From Pseudonocardia sp. (lineage in GTDB: Bacteria > Actinomycetota > Actinomycetes > Mycobacteriales > Pseudonocardiaceae): a stretch of DNA of 64,000 nucleotides. The translations under genes and the position numbers were made by a program. A model generated the notes under the pieces. The model was given only the letters and a program-made list of their open reading frames with translations. It did no database searches and was not told the origin of the DNA. Numbering within the stretch: position 1 is the first letter of the stretch; each line of letters starts with the position of its first letter. Positions 1 through 8,354 of this stretch are shown in pieces. The stretch is from assembly GCF_050246655.1 (NCBI RefSeq), contig NZ_JBFWVQ010000018.1:9088-73087 (forward strand), given 5' to 3'.

Positions 1-1
1 C

Positions 2-3000
2 CGCCAGGACCTCGTCCGCGCGACAACCACCGCAGCACCGACCGGGCCGACCTGGGGTCCGCTCCCACGCAACACCTACGGGGAGATCCTCGCCGCAGCC
101 GATCCTGTAGCGGAGCTCGAAGTCCGGGCCCGCGCGCACGGGGGCGGCGCCGCGACCGACGCCGCGTCGATGTTGGCCGGCGAGGCGAAACTGGCTGAGG
201 TTCGCGCGGCCCTCAGCGCGGGACCGCGCCCGATCGGTGAGCTCGCGGACGAGCTGCTGCCGGGCCTGGACGGGCCCGCGGCTCTCAGCGACCTCGTCCG
301 GCTTGCCGGTCGTATCCACAACTGTGACGACACCCCGGTTCTGTCCACGCGCTTCCATCTGTTCGCCCGAGCGACCGAGGGCGCGTTCAGCTGTCTCGAA
401 CCGAGCGAGCCGCACCTGAGTCTGAGCCGGCATGAGCAGTGCGACCGCTGCCCACGTGTGGTGTTCGAGATCGGTGGCTGCCGTCGCTGCGGCGCCGTCC
501 ACCTGCACGGCGTCCTCGAACAGGACCGCCATCGGCCCTGGCGCAACAACCTCGACCGCGACCACTGCTGGCTGATGCTCGACGAATCGGCTACGTCCTC
601 GGCTTCCGGCGATGAGGACGACGCCGTCTTCGACGAGAGCACCAGTGCTGCGACCGCCGCACGCCGCCAATTGTGCATCGGCTGCGGTGCACTCCACGCC
701 GACGGCGGCGGCCGGTGCGACCCGACGTCTGGCTGCCCGGGCACGGAGCTGCGACCGGTGCTGCAGGTTGACTCGAAGCTGGCCACACTGGACTTCTGCC
801 ACGGCTGCGGCTCCCGGGCCCCCGGGCTGATCCGACTGCTGGAAAGCGGTGCAGAAGCGGCTGCGTCCGTGCTCGGTACAGCTCTCTACCAGCAGCTGCC
901 GCCCGACGAGAACGGATCTGCGGCCGAGTTGCCGGGCCAGGGCCGCAAACTGCTGTTCTTCTCCGACAGCAGGCAGATGGCCGCCTACTTCGCGCCTTAC
1001 CTGGAAGACACCCACCGGCGGGTCATGCAGCGACGGATGATCACGATGGCGCTCGACCGGTGGCGCCGCGACGAAGAAGACGACGCCACGATCGAGGACC
1101 TGGTCGACTACACCCGCCGCGCCGCCCGCTCCCGGCACATGTTCGACCCCGATACCTCCACCGTGGAGCAGCGCAGGCAGATCGGGCTTTGGGTGGCCCC
1201 GGAACTGGTCTCCTACGACGACCGCCAGTCCCTCGAAGGCGTCGGGCTGCTGCACGTCGAACTTGCACGCCCGCGCTCGTGGCGAGCACCGGACCGGTTG
1301 ACTGCCCTCGGGTTTGGCGAGCAACAGGCATGGGACCTGCTGCAGGAACTGCTGCGCATCCTGCGGCTGCAGGGCGCGGTTGACACTTCCGACGACGTCG
1401 ACCCAGCCGATGAGGCGTTCGCCCCACGACGAGGCCCGATCTACGTTCGTGGCATCGGCTCGGAGGCTAAGAAGAAGGTGCTCAGCTGGCTGCCCAGCGC
1501 AGGCACCAACCGACGCTTCGACTACCTCAGCCGGATACTGCGCTCACTCGGCTCCATCGCGGACCCGAAGGAGGTGCTGGAGGGCCTCTGGCAGGACCTC
1601 GACCCCGGCACCGGCAGCTGCGCCGCGCGGGAATGGCTGCGTTCCGACCACATCGGCATCCTGGGCACAGTGCGGCGGATCAAGCACCGCAAGCTGCGAA
1701 TGCGTGCCGTCACCGACACCGATCCCCTCTACCGCTGCACCCGATGCCTGCGCATCGCACCCGTGTCGGTCCGCGGCGTATGCACCACCGCCCGCTGCGA
1801 CGGCACCCTGCGGGAATGGCGTCGCACCACCACCGACGACCGCCGCCACCACTACCGCAACCTCTACCTGGAGTCCGACCCGGTGCCACTGTCGGTCCAG
1901 GAGCACACAGCGCAGTGGACCAGCGAGAAGGCCGCCGAGTTGCAGGGACAGTTCGTCCGCGGCGAGCTCAACGCCCTGTCGTGCTCCACGACCTTCGAAC
2001 TCGGCGTCGACGTCGGAGAGCTGCAGGCCGTGGTACTACGCAACATGCCCCCGTCCACCGCCAACTACGTTCAACGCGCCGGGCGGGCGGGCCGCCGTTC
2101 CGCCTCGGCGGCGCTCGTGCTCACCTATGCGCAACGCCGGTCCCACGATCTGACCCGGTTCGCCGAGCCCGAGAAGATGATCGCCGGCGACATGCGTGCT
2201 CCGATCGTGCCCCTGGAGAACGCGCGCATCGACCGCCGCCACGCCCATTCGATCGCGCTCGCCGCGTTCTTCCGGCACATGCAGGAACACCACCACCAGA
2301 CCTGGGACAAAGCGGGCGAGTTCTTCCTCCCGCCCGCCCCGACACCACCCGGATTCGTCGTGCCCGCCGGACGGGTCGGCGAGTTCCTCACCCCGGTCCC
2401 CGACGGCGTGCGGGCGAGCCTGGAGGCGGTAATACCCGTCGCGGTCCAGAAGGAGATCCACATCGACACCGACGAGTGGGTCCGACAACTCACCACACTC
2501 CTCGCCACCGCTGGCGAGGAGCTCGGCGCCGATGTCGACGCATTCGACCAACGGCGGAGGGAGGCCGAATCCGAGCAGAAGTACCAGCTGGCCGAGCAGT
2601 GCAGGAGGATCATCAAGACACTCCTCGACCGACCGCTGCTCGGCTACCTCGCCACCCGCAATGTCCTACCGAAGTACGGCTTCCCGGTCGACACCGTCGA
2701 GCTGCGCACCGACCGGGTCGCGGCCGGGCGCGACCGGGTCCTCGAGCTGACTCGCGATCTCAGCCTCGCCATCAGTGAGTACGCCCCCGGCTCCCAGCTC
2801 GTCGCGGGTGGCCAGCGCTGGACATCCGGCGGCGTCTACCGCCTGCCGGGACGTGCTCTCGTCCAGCGCTACTACATCGTATGCAACCACTGCCAGCACT
2901 ACCGGCAGTCCACACAGGTGCCCGAGCTGATCTGTCCGGCCTGCGAGCAGCCGACCTCCGGGGGCACCCGCCAATACATCGAGCCGGTCTACGGATTCGT

Positions 3001-3715
3001 CGCCTCCGCCAGCGAGACCCAGAAGGCAGACCGCGCACCGCAACGCGGCTGGTCGGGCGCCACCTACATCGTCGAGACCCACGCCGAGGTTGTCGACGGA
3101 GTCATCGAGTTCCCCGCGTCGACCCTCACCTGGACCGCCGGTGCCCGCGGGGAGTTCGTCGTGATCAACGAAGGAGCTGGGCGCGGAGGCTTCCACATCT
3201 GCGAGTGGTGCGGCTGGGGCACCACAGTCACCCGCACACCGCCCCGCCAGCACCGGCACCTGATGAAGGGCTCGACGTGCACCGGACCGCTACGCAGATA
3301 CTCCCTGGCACACCGGTACCAGACCGACTTCGTCGAACTCGCGTTCGAACCGCTCATCGCATTGACCGCGCCGATGGGGACGCTGCGCTCCGCCGTTTAT
3401 GCGCTGTTGGAAGGTGCGGCGACCGCTCTCGAGATCAGCCGTGACGACATCGACGGCACCATCCACGTCAGCAGGTCCAGCAAGACCCTCGTATTGTTCG
3501 ACACCACCCCAGGCGGAGCAGGTAACGCCCTACGCATCGCCGATGCACTACCAGCGGTCATCGCAACCGCCATCGAGCGGATGAACAACTGTGACTGTGG
3601 CATCGAGACCAGCTGCTACGGCTGCCTGCGCAACTACCGCAACGACCGCTACCACGAGCAGCTCGTCCGCGGCGACGCCCTCGCGCTGCTCCACGAACTA
3701 CTCCCGGCCAAATGA
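2..3715 (+). CDS. DEAD/DEAH-box SF2 helicase with C-terminal DUF1998 (MZB) domain, DruE/DrmAB-like; 5' partial
   Basis: Frame is open from base 2 (RQDLVRA...). Motifs LLFFSDSRQ, EHTAQ, STTFELGVDVG, NYVQRAGRAGRR; several CxxC clusters; C-terminal LFDTTPGGAG...CDC...SCYGCL typical of DUF1998. Walker A/DEAH lie upstream of the window. Confidence 0.9.
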   Translation, partial: RQDLVRATTTAAPTGPTWGPLPRNTYGEILAAADPVAELEVRARAHGGGAATDAASMLAGEAKLAEVRAALSAGPRPIGELADELLPGLDGPAALSDLVRLAGRIHNCDDTPVLSTRFHLFARATEGAFSCLEPSEPHLSLSRHEQCDRCPRVVFEIGGCRRCGAVHLHGVLEQDRHRPWRNNLDRDHCWLMLDESATSSASGDEDDAVFDESTSAATAARRQLCIGCGALHADGGGRCDPTSGCPGTELRPVLQVDSKLATLDFCHGCGSRAPGLIRLLESGAEAAASVLGTALYQQLPPDENGSAAELPGQGRKLLFFSDSRQMAAYFAPYLEDTHRRVMQRRMITMALDRWRRDEEDDATIEDLVDYTRRAARSRHMFDPDTSTVEQRRQIGLWVAPELVSYDDRQSLEGVGLLHVELARPRSWRAPDRLTALGFGEQQAWDLLQELLRILRLQGAVDTSDDVDPADEAFAPRRGPIYVRGIGSEAKKKVLSWLPSAGTNRRFDYLSRILRSLGSIADPKEVLEGLWQDLDPGTGSCAAREWLRSDHIGILGTVRRIKHRKLRMRAVTDTDPLYRCTRCLRIAPVSVRGVCTTARCDGTLREWRRTTTDDRRHHYRNLYLESDPVPLSVQEHTAQWTSEKAAELQGQFVRGELNALSCSTTFELGVDVGELQAVVLRNMPPSTANYVQRAGRAGRRSASAALVLTYAQRRSHDLTRFAEPEKMIAGDMRAPIVPLENARIDRRHAHSIALAAFFRHMQEHHHQTWDKAGEFFLPPAPTPPGFVVPAGRVGEFLTPVPDGVRASLEAVIPVAVQKEIHIDTDEWVRQLTTLLATAGEELGADVDAFDQRRREAESEQKYQLAEQCRRIIKTLLDRPLLGYLATRNVLPKYGFPVDTVELRTDRVAAGRDRVLELTRDLSLAISEYAPGSQLVAGGQRWTSGGVYRLPGRALVQRYYIVCNHCQHYRQSTQVPELICPACEQPTSGGTRQYIEPVYGFVASASETQKADRAPQRGWSGATYIVETHAEVVDGVIEFPASTLTWTAGARGEFVVINEGAGRGGFHICEWCGWGTTVTRTPPRQHRHLMKGSTCTGPLRRYSLAHRYQTDFVELAFEPLIALTAPMGTLRSAVYALLEGAATALEISRDDIDGTIHVSRSSKTLVLFDTTPGGAGNALRIADALPAVIATAIERMNNCDCGIETSCYGCLRNYRNDRYHEQLVRGDALALLHELLPAK

Positions 3716-5997
3716 GTTTCGCGAAATCCACCAGCGAGGCGCGCGACCGCGCATTCGCCGACCTTAATGTGGCGGCCACGGCCAGCCAGCACATGGTCGC
3801 CGAGGTGGTTCAGCACCACCGAGTGCCGCGCGCGGAAATTCCGATCCTCCTACGCGAGCTGCTTGACTCAAGTGTCACGCTTCCCCCCGATCTGCGCAGC
3901 CTCGCAGCTCCACCGTCGCCGGTCGAGATCCTCACCCCCCGATCTCCGGAGTCGCGCGCCGTTCCCCTGTTCCAGGGCGACGAGGTGCTTGACATCTCGC
4001 AGATCTCCCTATCCGACCTTGGCCTCCAGCCGCCTGATGGCTCCAGCCAAGACGCCCGCGGTCCGGTCGCCGCCACGAAGCCACCGACGGGCTCGCCGCT
4101 CTCCACCGACGAGGACCTCGACGACTCCCAGGAGCCGTTCGATTGGGACGATGATGAGGACGAGGAACTCCGCCAAGCAGAACAAGCGGAGGAAGAGGCC
4201 GCCGCAAACGACCCCGTTCTCGCGTATCGCAAGCGGATCTCGGCGATACCGCTGCTCGACGCGGCGACGGAGGTCGAACTCGCCACCTGCATCGAGGCCG
4301 GGCTGTTCGCCGTCGAACGCATCGCGGCCGCCCAAAGGTCTGGACGACGCCTCGGCCCGCAGCTCATGCGGGACCTGCGTCACATCGACCGTGACGGCAA
4401 CCACGCCAAGGCTGCGCTGATCGAGGCGAACCTGCGACTAGTCGTCTCGATCGCCCAGCACTACACCTCACGGGGCCTACCGCTGCTCGACCTCATCCAG
4501 GAAGGCAACCTTGGCCTGATCCGGGCCGTCCAGAAGTTCGACTTCATGAAGGGCTTCAAGTTCTCCACCTACGCCACATGGTGGATCCGTCAATCGATCA
4601 ACCGCGCCCTAGCCGACCAGTCCCGCACGATCCGCCTACCGGTGCATGTGGTCGAGCAGGTCAACGCCATCGAGAAGGCACAACGGCAGCTACCGGCCGC
4701 GGATCAGCCCGTTCACGAGATCGGAGCCGTGGCTGTGTCCACTGGCTTCGCGACTGATGAGGTTCGGCAACCGCAATCGTTACCCGTCGCGATCCCCGCC
4801 GGACTGCTCGAAGACGAGTTCTGGGGCGAGATGCACCAGCTCGGCGACGCCGACGAACCCGATCTACTGTGGCTGACACCTCACGACATCTCCGCAGTCC
4901 TTTCGCGGCTTGAGTCGCGCGAGCGGTTCATCATCCTGCGGCGGTTCGGGTTTATCGGCGGCCCTGCAACACTCGACGAGATCGGCCTCACGCTTGGTGT
5001 CACCCGGGAGCGTGTCCGGCAGATCGAGTCGAAAGTGCTTGCACGGCTGGAGGGATCGTTCCGCCGCCGACGCGGCCGGGAAACACCGCCGGAACCCCGC
5101 AGTGTCGCCACTCGACAGGTCGCAGGCCCTCTGCCTTTGAGACAAGGACGCCCCGGTTCCGCGCTCGGGCTGTCCACCAATGCGTCCAGTACGTTGCCAC
5201 CGAAACCTAAACCGGAGTCGACGGAAGTCGGTGAGGATCAAGAGCCCCGGCAATACCGAATTCCTGGTCCAGGCGAACGGCGCGCAATAACTCCCGGTAC
5301 GCCCTGCCATCGACTCGGATATCACACGTGGAGTAGGGCAGTAACTCACACACCTGAAGGCGAAGGGTGGAACTGTATCAGATGTAGCGCTGTCCGCATT
5401 CTACTGCCGGATCGGACCTGGCGATACTACATTCGCACAGCAGCCACACTGCCGGACGATCACCATCAAGTGCACCAGCGAACTCTGACAGCTCAGTCCT
5501 CAACGCCAAATGTGCCAGCTGGGCAGGAGCAACAATCGAGCGCACCCGTTTCCGCCGAGGTTCTCAGTCCGCGGGAAACTTCTCGTTCCACGGGGACGCG
5601 GAACCCCCGAGCGCTCGCGCCCGGAACCCGATGCCACGAACTCGGCTACCACCAGTGGCGACCACTGCACGGTACGAATCACTCGGAATGCCGCTGGTGC
5701 GGTGCACGTCGCACATTGACCGCGGACCGCACCTACAGCTATTTCGAAGCACCTTCCACGGGAAATAATCCTGAGACATCTCCGGCCTCCATACGGGCGA
5801 ATTACAAGCCGATCCGCACCGAAGCGGCGTCGCGGGCACTCACACCTGGTACGCACTGCTTCCAACTCGGCTATCACGACTGGAGCCGTAGAGTCGACTA
5901 TCCCGACGGGGAAGCGCGGGTTTGCAGCCGTTGCGAGGCACTGCGCGTCCGACATCACGACGGAAGCTACCGCTATTACGTAAGACCCAAGCAATGA
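3712..5997 (+). CDS. SigA/RpoD-like sigma-70 factor with a C-terminal extension containing three putative zinc-finger repeats
   Basis: Region 1.2 (NDPVLAYRKRISAIPLL...EVELA..IEAG), region 2 (LIEANLRLVVSIA...DLIQEGNLGLIRAVQKFD..KGFKFSTYATWWIRQSI), region 4 (TLDEIG..LGVTRERVRQIESK). ATGA overlap with the helicase stop. Confidence 0.9.
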   Translation: MSFAKSTSEARDRAFADLNVAATASQHMVAEVVQHHRVPRAEIPILLRELLDSSVTLPPDLRSLAAPPSPVEILTPRSPESRAVPLFQGDEVLDISQISLSDLGLQPPDGSSQDARGPVAATKPPTGSPLSTDEDLDDSQEPFDWDDDEDEELRQAEQAEEEAAANDPVLAYRKRISAIPLLDAATEVELATCIEAGLFAVERIAAAQRSGRRLGPQLMRDLRHIDRDGNHAKAALIEANLRLVVSIAQHYTSRGLPLLDLIQEGNLGLIRAVQKFDFMKGFKFSTYATWWIRQSINRALADQSRTIRLPVHVVEQVNAIEKAQRQLPAADQPVHEIGAVAVSTGFATDEVRQPQSLPVAIPAGLLEDEFWGEMHQLGDADEPDLLWLTPHDISAVLSRLESRERFIILRRFGFIGGPATLDEIGLTLGVTRERVRQIESKVLARLEGSFRRRRGRETPPEPRSVATRQVAGPLPLRQGRPGSALGLSTNASSTLPPKPKPESTEVGEDQEPRQYRIPGPGERRAITPGTPCHRLGYHTWSRAVTHTPEGEGWNCIRCSAVRILLPDRTWRYYIRTAATLPDDHHQVHQRTLTAQSSTPNVPAGQEQQSSAPVSAEVLSPRETSRSTGTRNPRALAPGTRCHELGYHQWRPLHGTNHSECRWCGARRTLTADRTYSYFEAPSTGNNPETSPASIRANYKPIRTEAASRALTPGTHCFQLGYHDWSRRVDYPDGEARVCSRCEALRVRHHDGSYRYYVRPKQ
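5281..5997 (+). repeat. Three protein-level repeats RAxxPGTxC-x5-H-xW-...-CxxC-xAxR-...D-x-x-(W/Y)-x-Y-(Y/F) in the sigma tail
   Basis: Copies at 5281-5436, 5608-5748 and 5833-5997: RAITPGTPCHRLGYHTW..CIRC, RALAPGTRCHELGYHQW..CRWC, RALTPGTHCFQLGYHDW..CSRC. Confidence 0.9.
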
Positions 5998-6201
5998 TCC
6001 GGGCGATCACGGTCCGCACGCACAGGGCGTGGCACGTCATAGTCGCGACCTGGCATCCCGCGTCGATGGAGACGCTAATCACACCTGCACTCCGGCACGG
6101 TACCCTACCCGAGCCGGGTGGCCCGACGCACGTCCTCGGCCCCAGCGGGTGGCTCAGGACAACTTGAAGGACCGGTCATGACCGGAGATCCGGTAAGCCC
6201 G

Positions 6202-7998
6202 TCACTTCGAAGGCGTCCCAGAGGCTATCGGGAATCGCGAGACGACCCGGTCGGCGAGTCTGATCGTGCGCTCCTCAATGTCCGCCACCGTCCAGGTCTC
6301 TCGCTGGGCGAGGTCCACGTTGAGGGCCAGGCCGTTCCTGTAGCCGATCGAGCGCCCCCGGGTATCGGTTCGGTCGCGCTTCTCGACGAATGACTTGTTC
6401 CCGAGGGTGCTGTTGTAGGCCGTGATCGTCAGGTTGCCGAGCCGATGCACGTCGGCATCTTGGGCCGCAGCCGCCGCGGCGGCTCCACCGAGCATCTGTT
6501 TCCACGCCTCCGGCAGGTTCGCACCTTGAGGCAGGATGTGCTCGATCGTCCAGACGAAATGTCCCTTCTCCTGCGCCCACAGGTCGGCCCAGTTCTCCTT
6601 CGTCATCGCGTCCTCGGACAGAACCGTGAGGAGGAAGCGTGCGACCTCCGTGTTCTCATCGTAAATCGGGCCGTTCAAGCGTCGGTAGAACTCTTCGTCG
6701 CTGGATGACACCTCGGCCAGGTCGCCGGCGACGGCAGCAACGACGTCGGGGCCGCCGAGCCCGTCGAGCTTCTCGATGATGGTCATGAAAAGACTCGGCA
6801 GCACATACGTCTGCGGGAAACCCGTCAGGTTTCGTCGCACGAAGAAGCTCGTCAGCCGGTGACACATCGCGATCAGGTGGTCCTCGGCGAGTTCAAGGTC
6901 GCCGCGCTTACTGAGCAGCCACATCACCAGGACATACGACGGCGCGCCCTGCGCCCGCATCAGAAGACGGAGAGCGTCGTCCAGCGTTGTCGGATCGTCC
7001 GGCGGAGATACGCAAGTGACGCGACCGTAGATGCGACTGGCCTCGACGAGGGCGTCCACACGCGCCTTGATGTCCTGCGCGAGCAGCGTCTCGTAGATGC
7101 GGATCAACTTCGTACGGGTCGCGACGGGCGCGTTGGGCACATCAGGAAGCTCCGCCTTGAAAGCGTTGTAGTAATGCCGGAGAAACCTCTCCTGCGTCGC
7201 GTAGTTGTCCCCGAGATTCGTCAATATCTCGTTCCACAGCTTGAAGGCGTCGTCGATATTCATGGCACCGCGCAGCTCGGACACCGCAAGAAAGTGGTTC
7301 TTGATCAGATCCACCGGGGTGAGCGGCATGCCTCGGTTGTTCAGCGACTCGAACAACACGAATGCATCGGCGTTGTTCGCCACCTCAATCTTGACAATGA
7401 TGGCTTGCCGCGCGGCTTCAAGCACGTGCAGGGCGGCCACAATAGGACCGGATCCGGTGGCCTCGGCGAGCTCTGTGATCGATCGACGGAAGTAGTCGAA
7501 GCACTTGGCGATCCGGCGCAGCGGAAAGTACGGCTTGCGGTCCACCGGACCCACGGGGAGTCCCGCCGTGGCGAGAACAGCACGGTAGTCGTCGTAGTTG
7601 TGCCCTTGACGCTGGGGGGCGACCCGCAGCGTGCCGTCCTTGCGTACGAGGCTCCGACCAAGGTTGATCAGATCGACGCGACCCTCCTCGTCGAGGTCGT
7701 CGCGGTTCTCTTTCAGTACGGAGTAGACGGCGGCCAGCAAGATCGTCAAGGTCGTCGCCCGCTGCTGACCGTCGATGAGTTCCAGGACGCCGCTCTCGAC
7801 GGCGTCGGTGGTCTGGTTCAGCGTGATGATCGTGCCGAGGAAATGCGGTCCGTCGGCCTCGACCAGGTCCTGAAACAGGTCCTCCCATTGCGCCTTCTGC
7901 CAGGAGTACTCCCGCTGGTAGGGCGGCACCCGGTAGATCAGATTTCCTTCATACGAGAGCAGCGTGTGGACCGGGTACTGGTTGGCGGACTTGATCAC
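6202..7998 (-). CDS. GmrSD-family type IV restriction endonuclease (DUF262 + DUF1524/HNH)
   Basis: PPYQREYSW, IDGQQRATT, FESLNNRG (DUF262); TIEHILPQ and LGNLT..YNSTLGNKSF (HNH). GTG start at 7998 overlaps the upstream stop (GTGA). Confidence 0.9.
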   Translation of the reverse strand: MIKSANQYPVHTLLSYEGNLIYRVPPYQREYSWQKAQWEDLFQDLVEADGPHFLGTIITLNQTTDAVESGVLELIDGQQRATTLTILLAAVYSVLKENRDDLDEEGRVDLINLGRSLVRKDGTLRVAPQRQGHNYDDYRAVLATAGLPVGPVDRKPYFPLRRIAKCFDYFRRSITELAEATGSGPIVAALHVLEAARQAIIVKIEVANNADAFVLFESLNNRGMPLTPVDLIKNHFLAVSELRGAMNIDDAFKLWNEILTNLGDNYATQERFLRHYYNAFKAELPDVPNAPVATRTKLIRIYETLLAQDIKARVDALVEASRIYGRVTCVSPPDDPTTLDDALRLLMRAQGAPSYVLVMWLLSKRGDLELAEDHLIAMCHRLTSFFVRRNLTGFPQTYVLPSLFMTIIEKLDGLGGPDVVAAVAGDLAEVSSSDEEFYRRLNGPIYDENTEVARFLLTVLSEDAMTKENWADLWAQEKGHFVWTIEHILPQGANLPEAWKQMLGGAAAAAAAQDADVHRLGNLTITAYNSTLGNKSFVEKRDRTDTRGRSIGYRNGLALNVDLAQRETWTVADIEERTIRLADRVVSRFPIASGTPSK

Positions 7999-8354
7999 GC
8001 TGTGCTCTCGATTCCCTCGATGACCTGCAGGACGTTCACGATCAGCGACCGGATCTCGTCCGGCCCCGGCGGCAGCTCGAACGCATGACGGTGGCAGGCG
8101 CGGGTCAGGCCAACCCACGTCAGGCGGGCGGTGGCGCCGAGTTCGGCACCGACCAGACAGGTGAAGACGATCAGTCGGGAGGTGAGCCGGGCCCGGCGTA
8201 GGTCGTACCCGCGGGCGGCGAGTACCTCGACGATGGCGAGCTCGAGCCCGGATCGGGCCAATTGAGCCGCGGCGACGACGCGCTGACCGGCGGGAACCGC
8301 AACCTCACCGTCGAAGATCGCTACAGCCTGCTGAACACGGTGTGCGGTGATCAC
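7995..8354 (-). CDS. Small helical protein (119 aa) with an R-x4-H motif, possibly HEPN-like
   Basis: GTG start overlaps the ATPase stop and its stop overlaps the GmrSD start. Sequence ARSGLE...LTRACHRHAFEL. Confidence 0.7.
   Translation of the reverse strand: MITAHRVQQAVAIFDGEVAVPAGQRVVAAAQLARSGLELAIVEVLAARGYDLRRARLTSRLIVFTCLVGAELGATARLTWVGLTRACHRHAFELPPGPDEIRSLIVNVLQVIEGIESTA

Noticed and set aside
5998-6201. Gap between convergent sigma and GmrSD genes, including palindrome CCGGTCATGACCGG
   Set aside because: Short GC-rich palindrome, plausibly chance; no convincing ORF or terminator.
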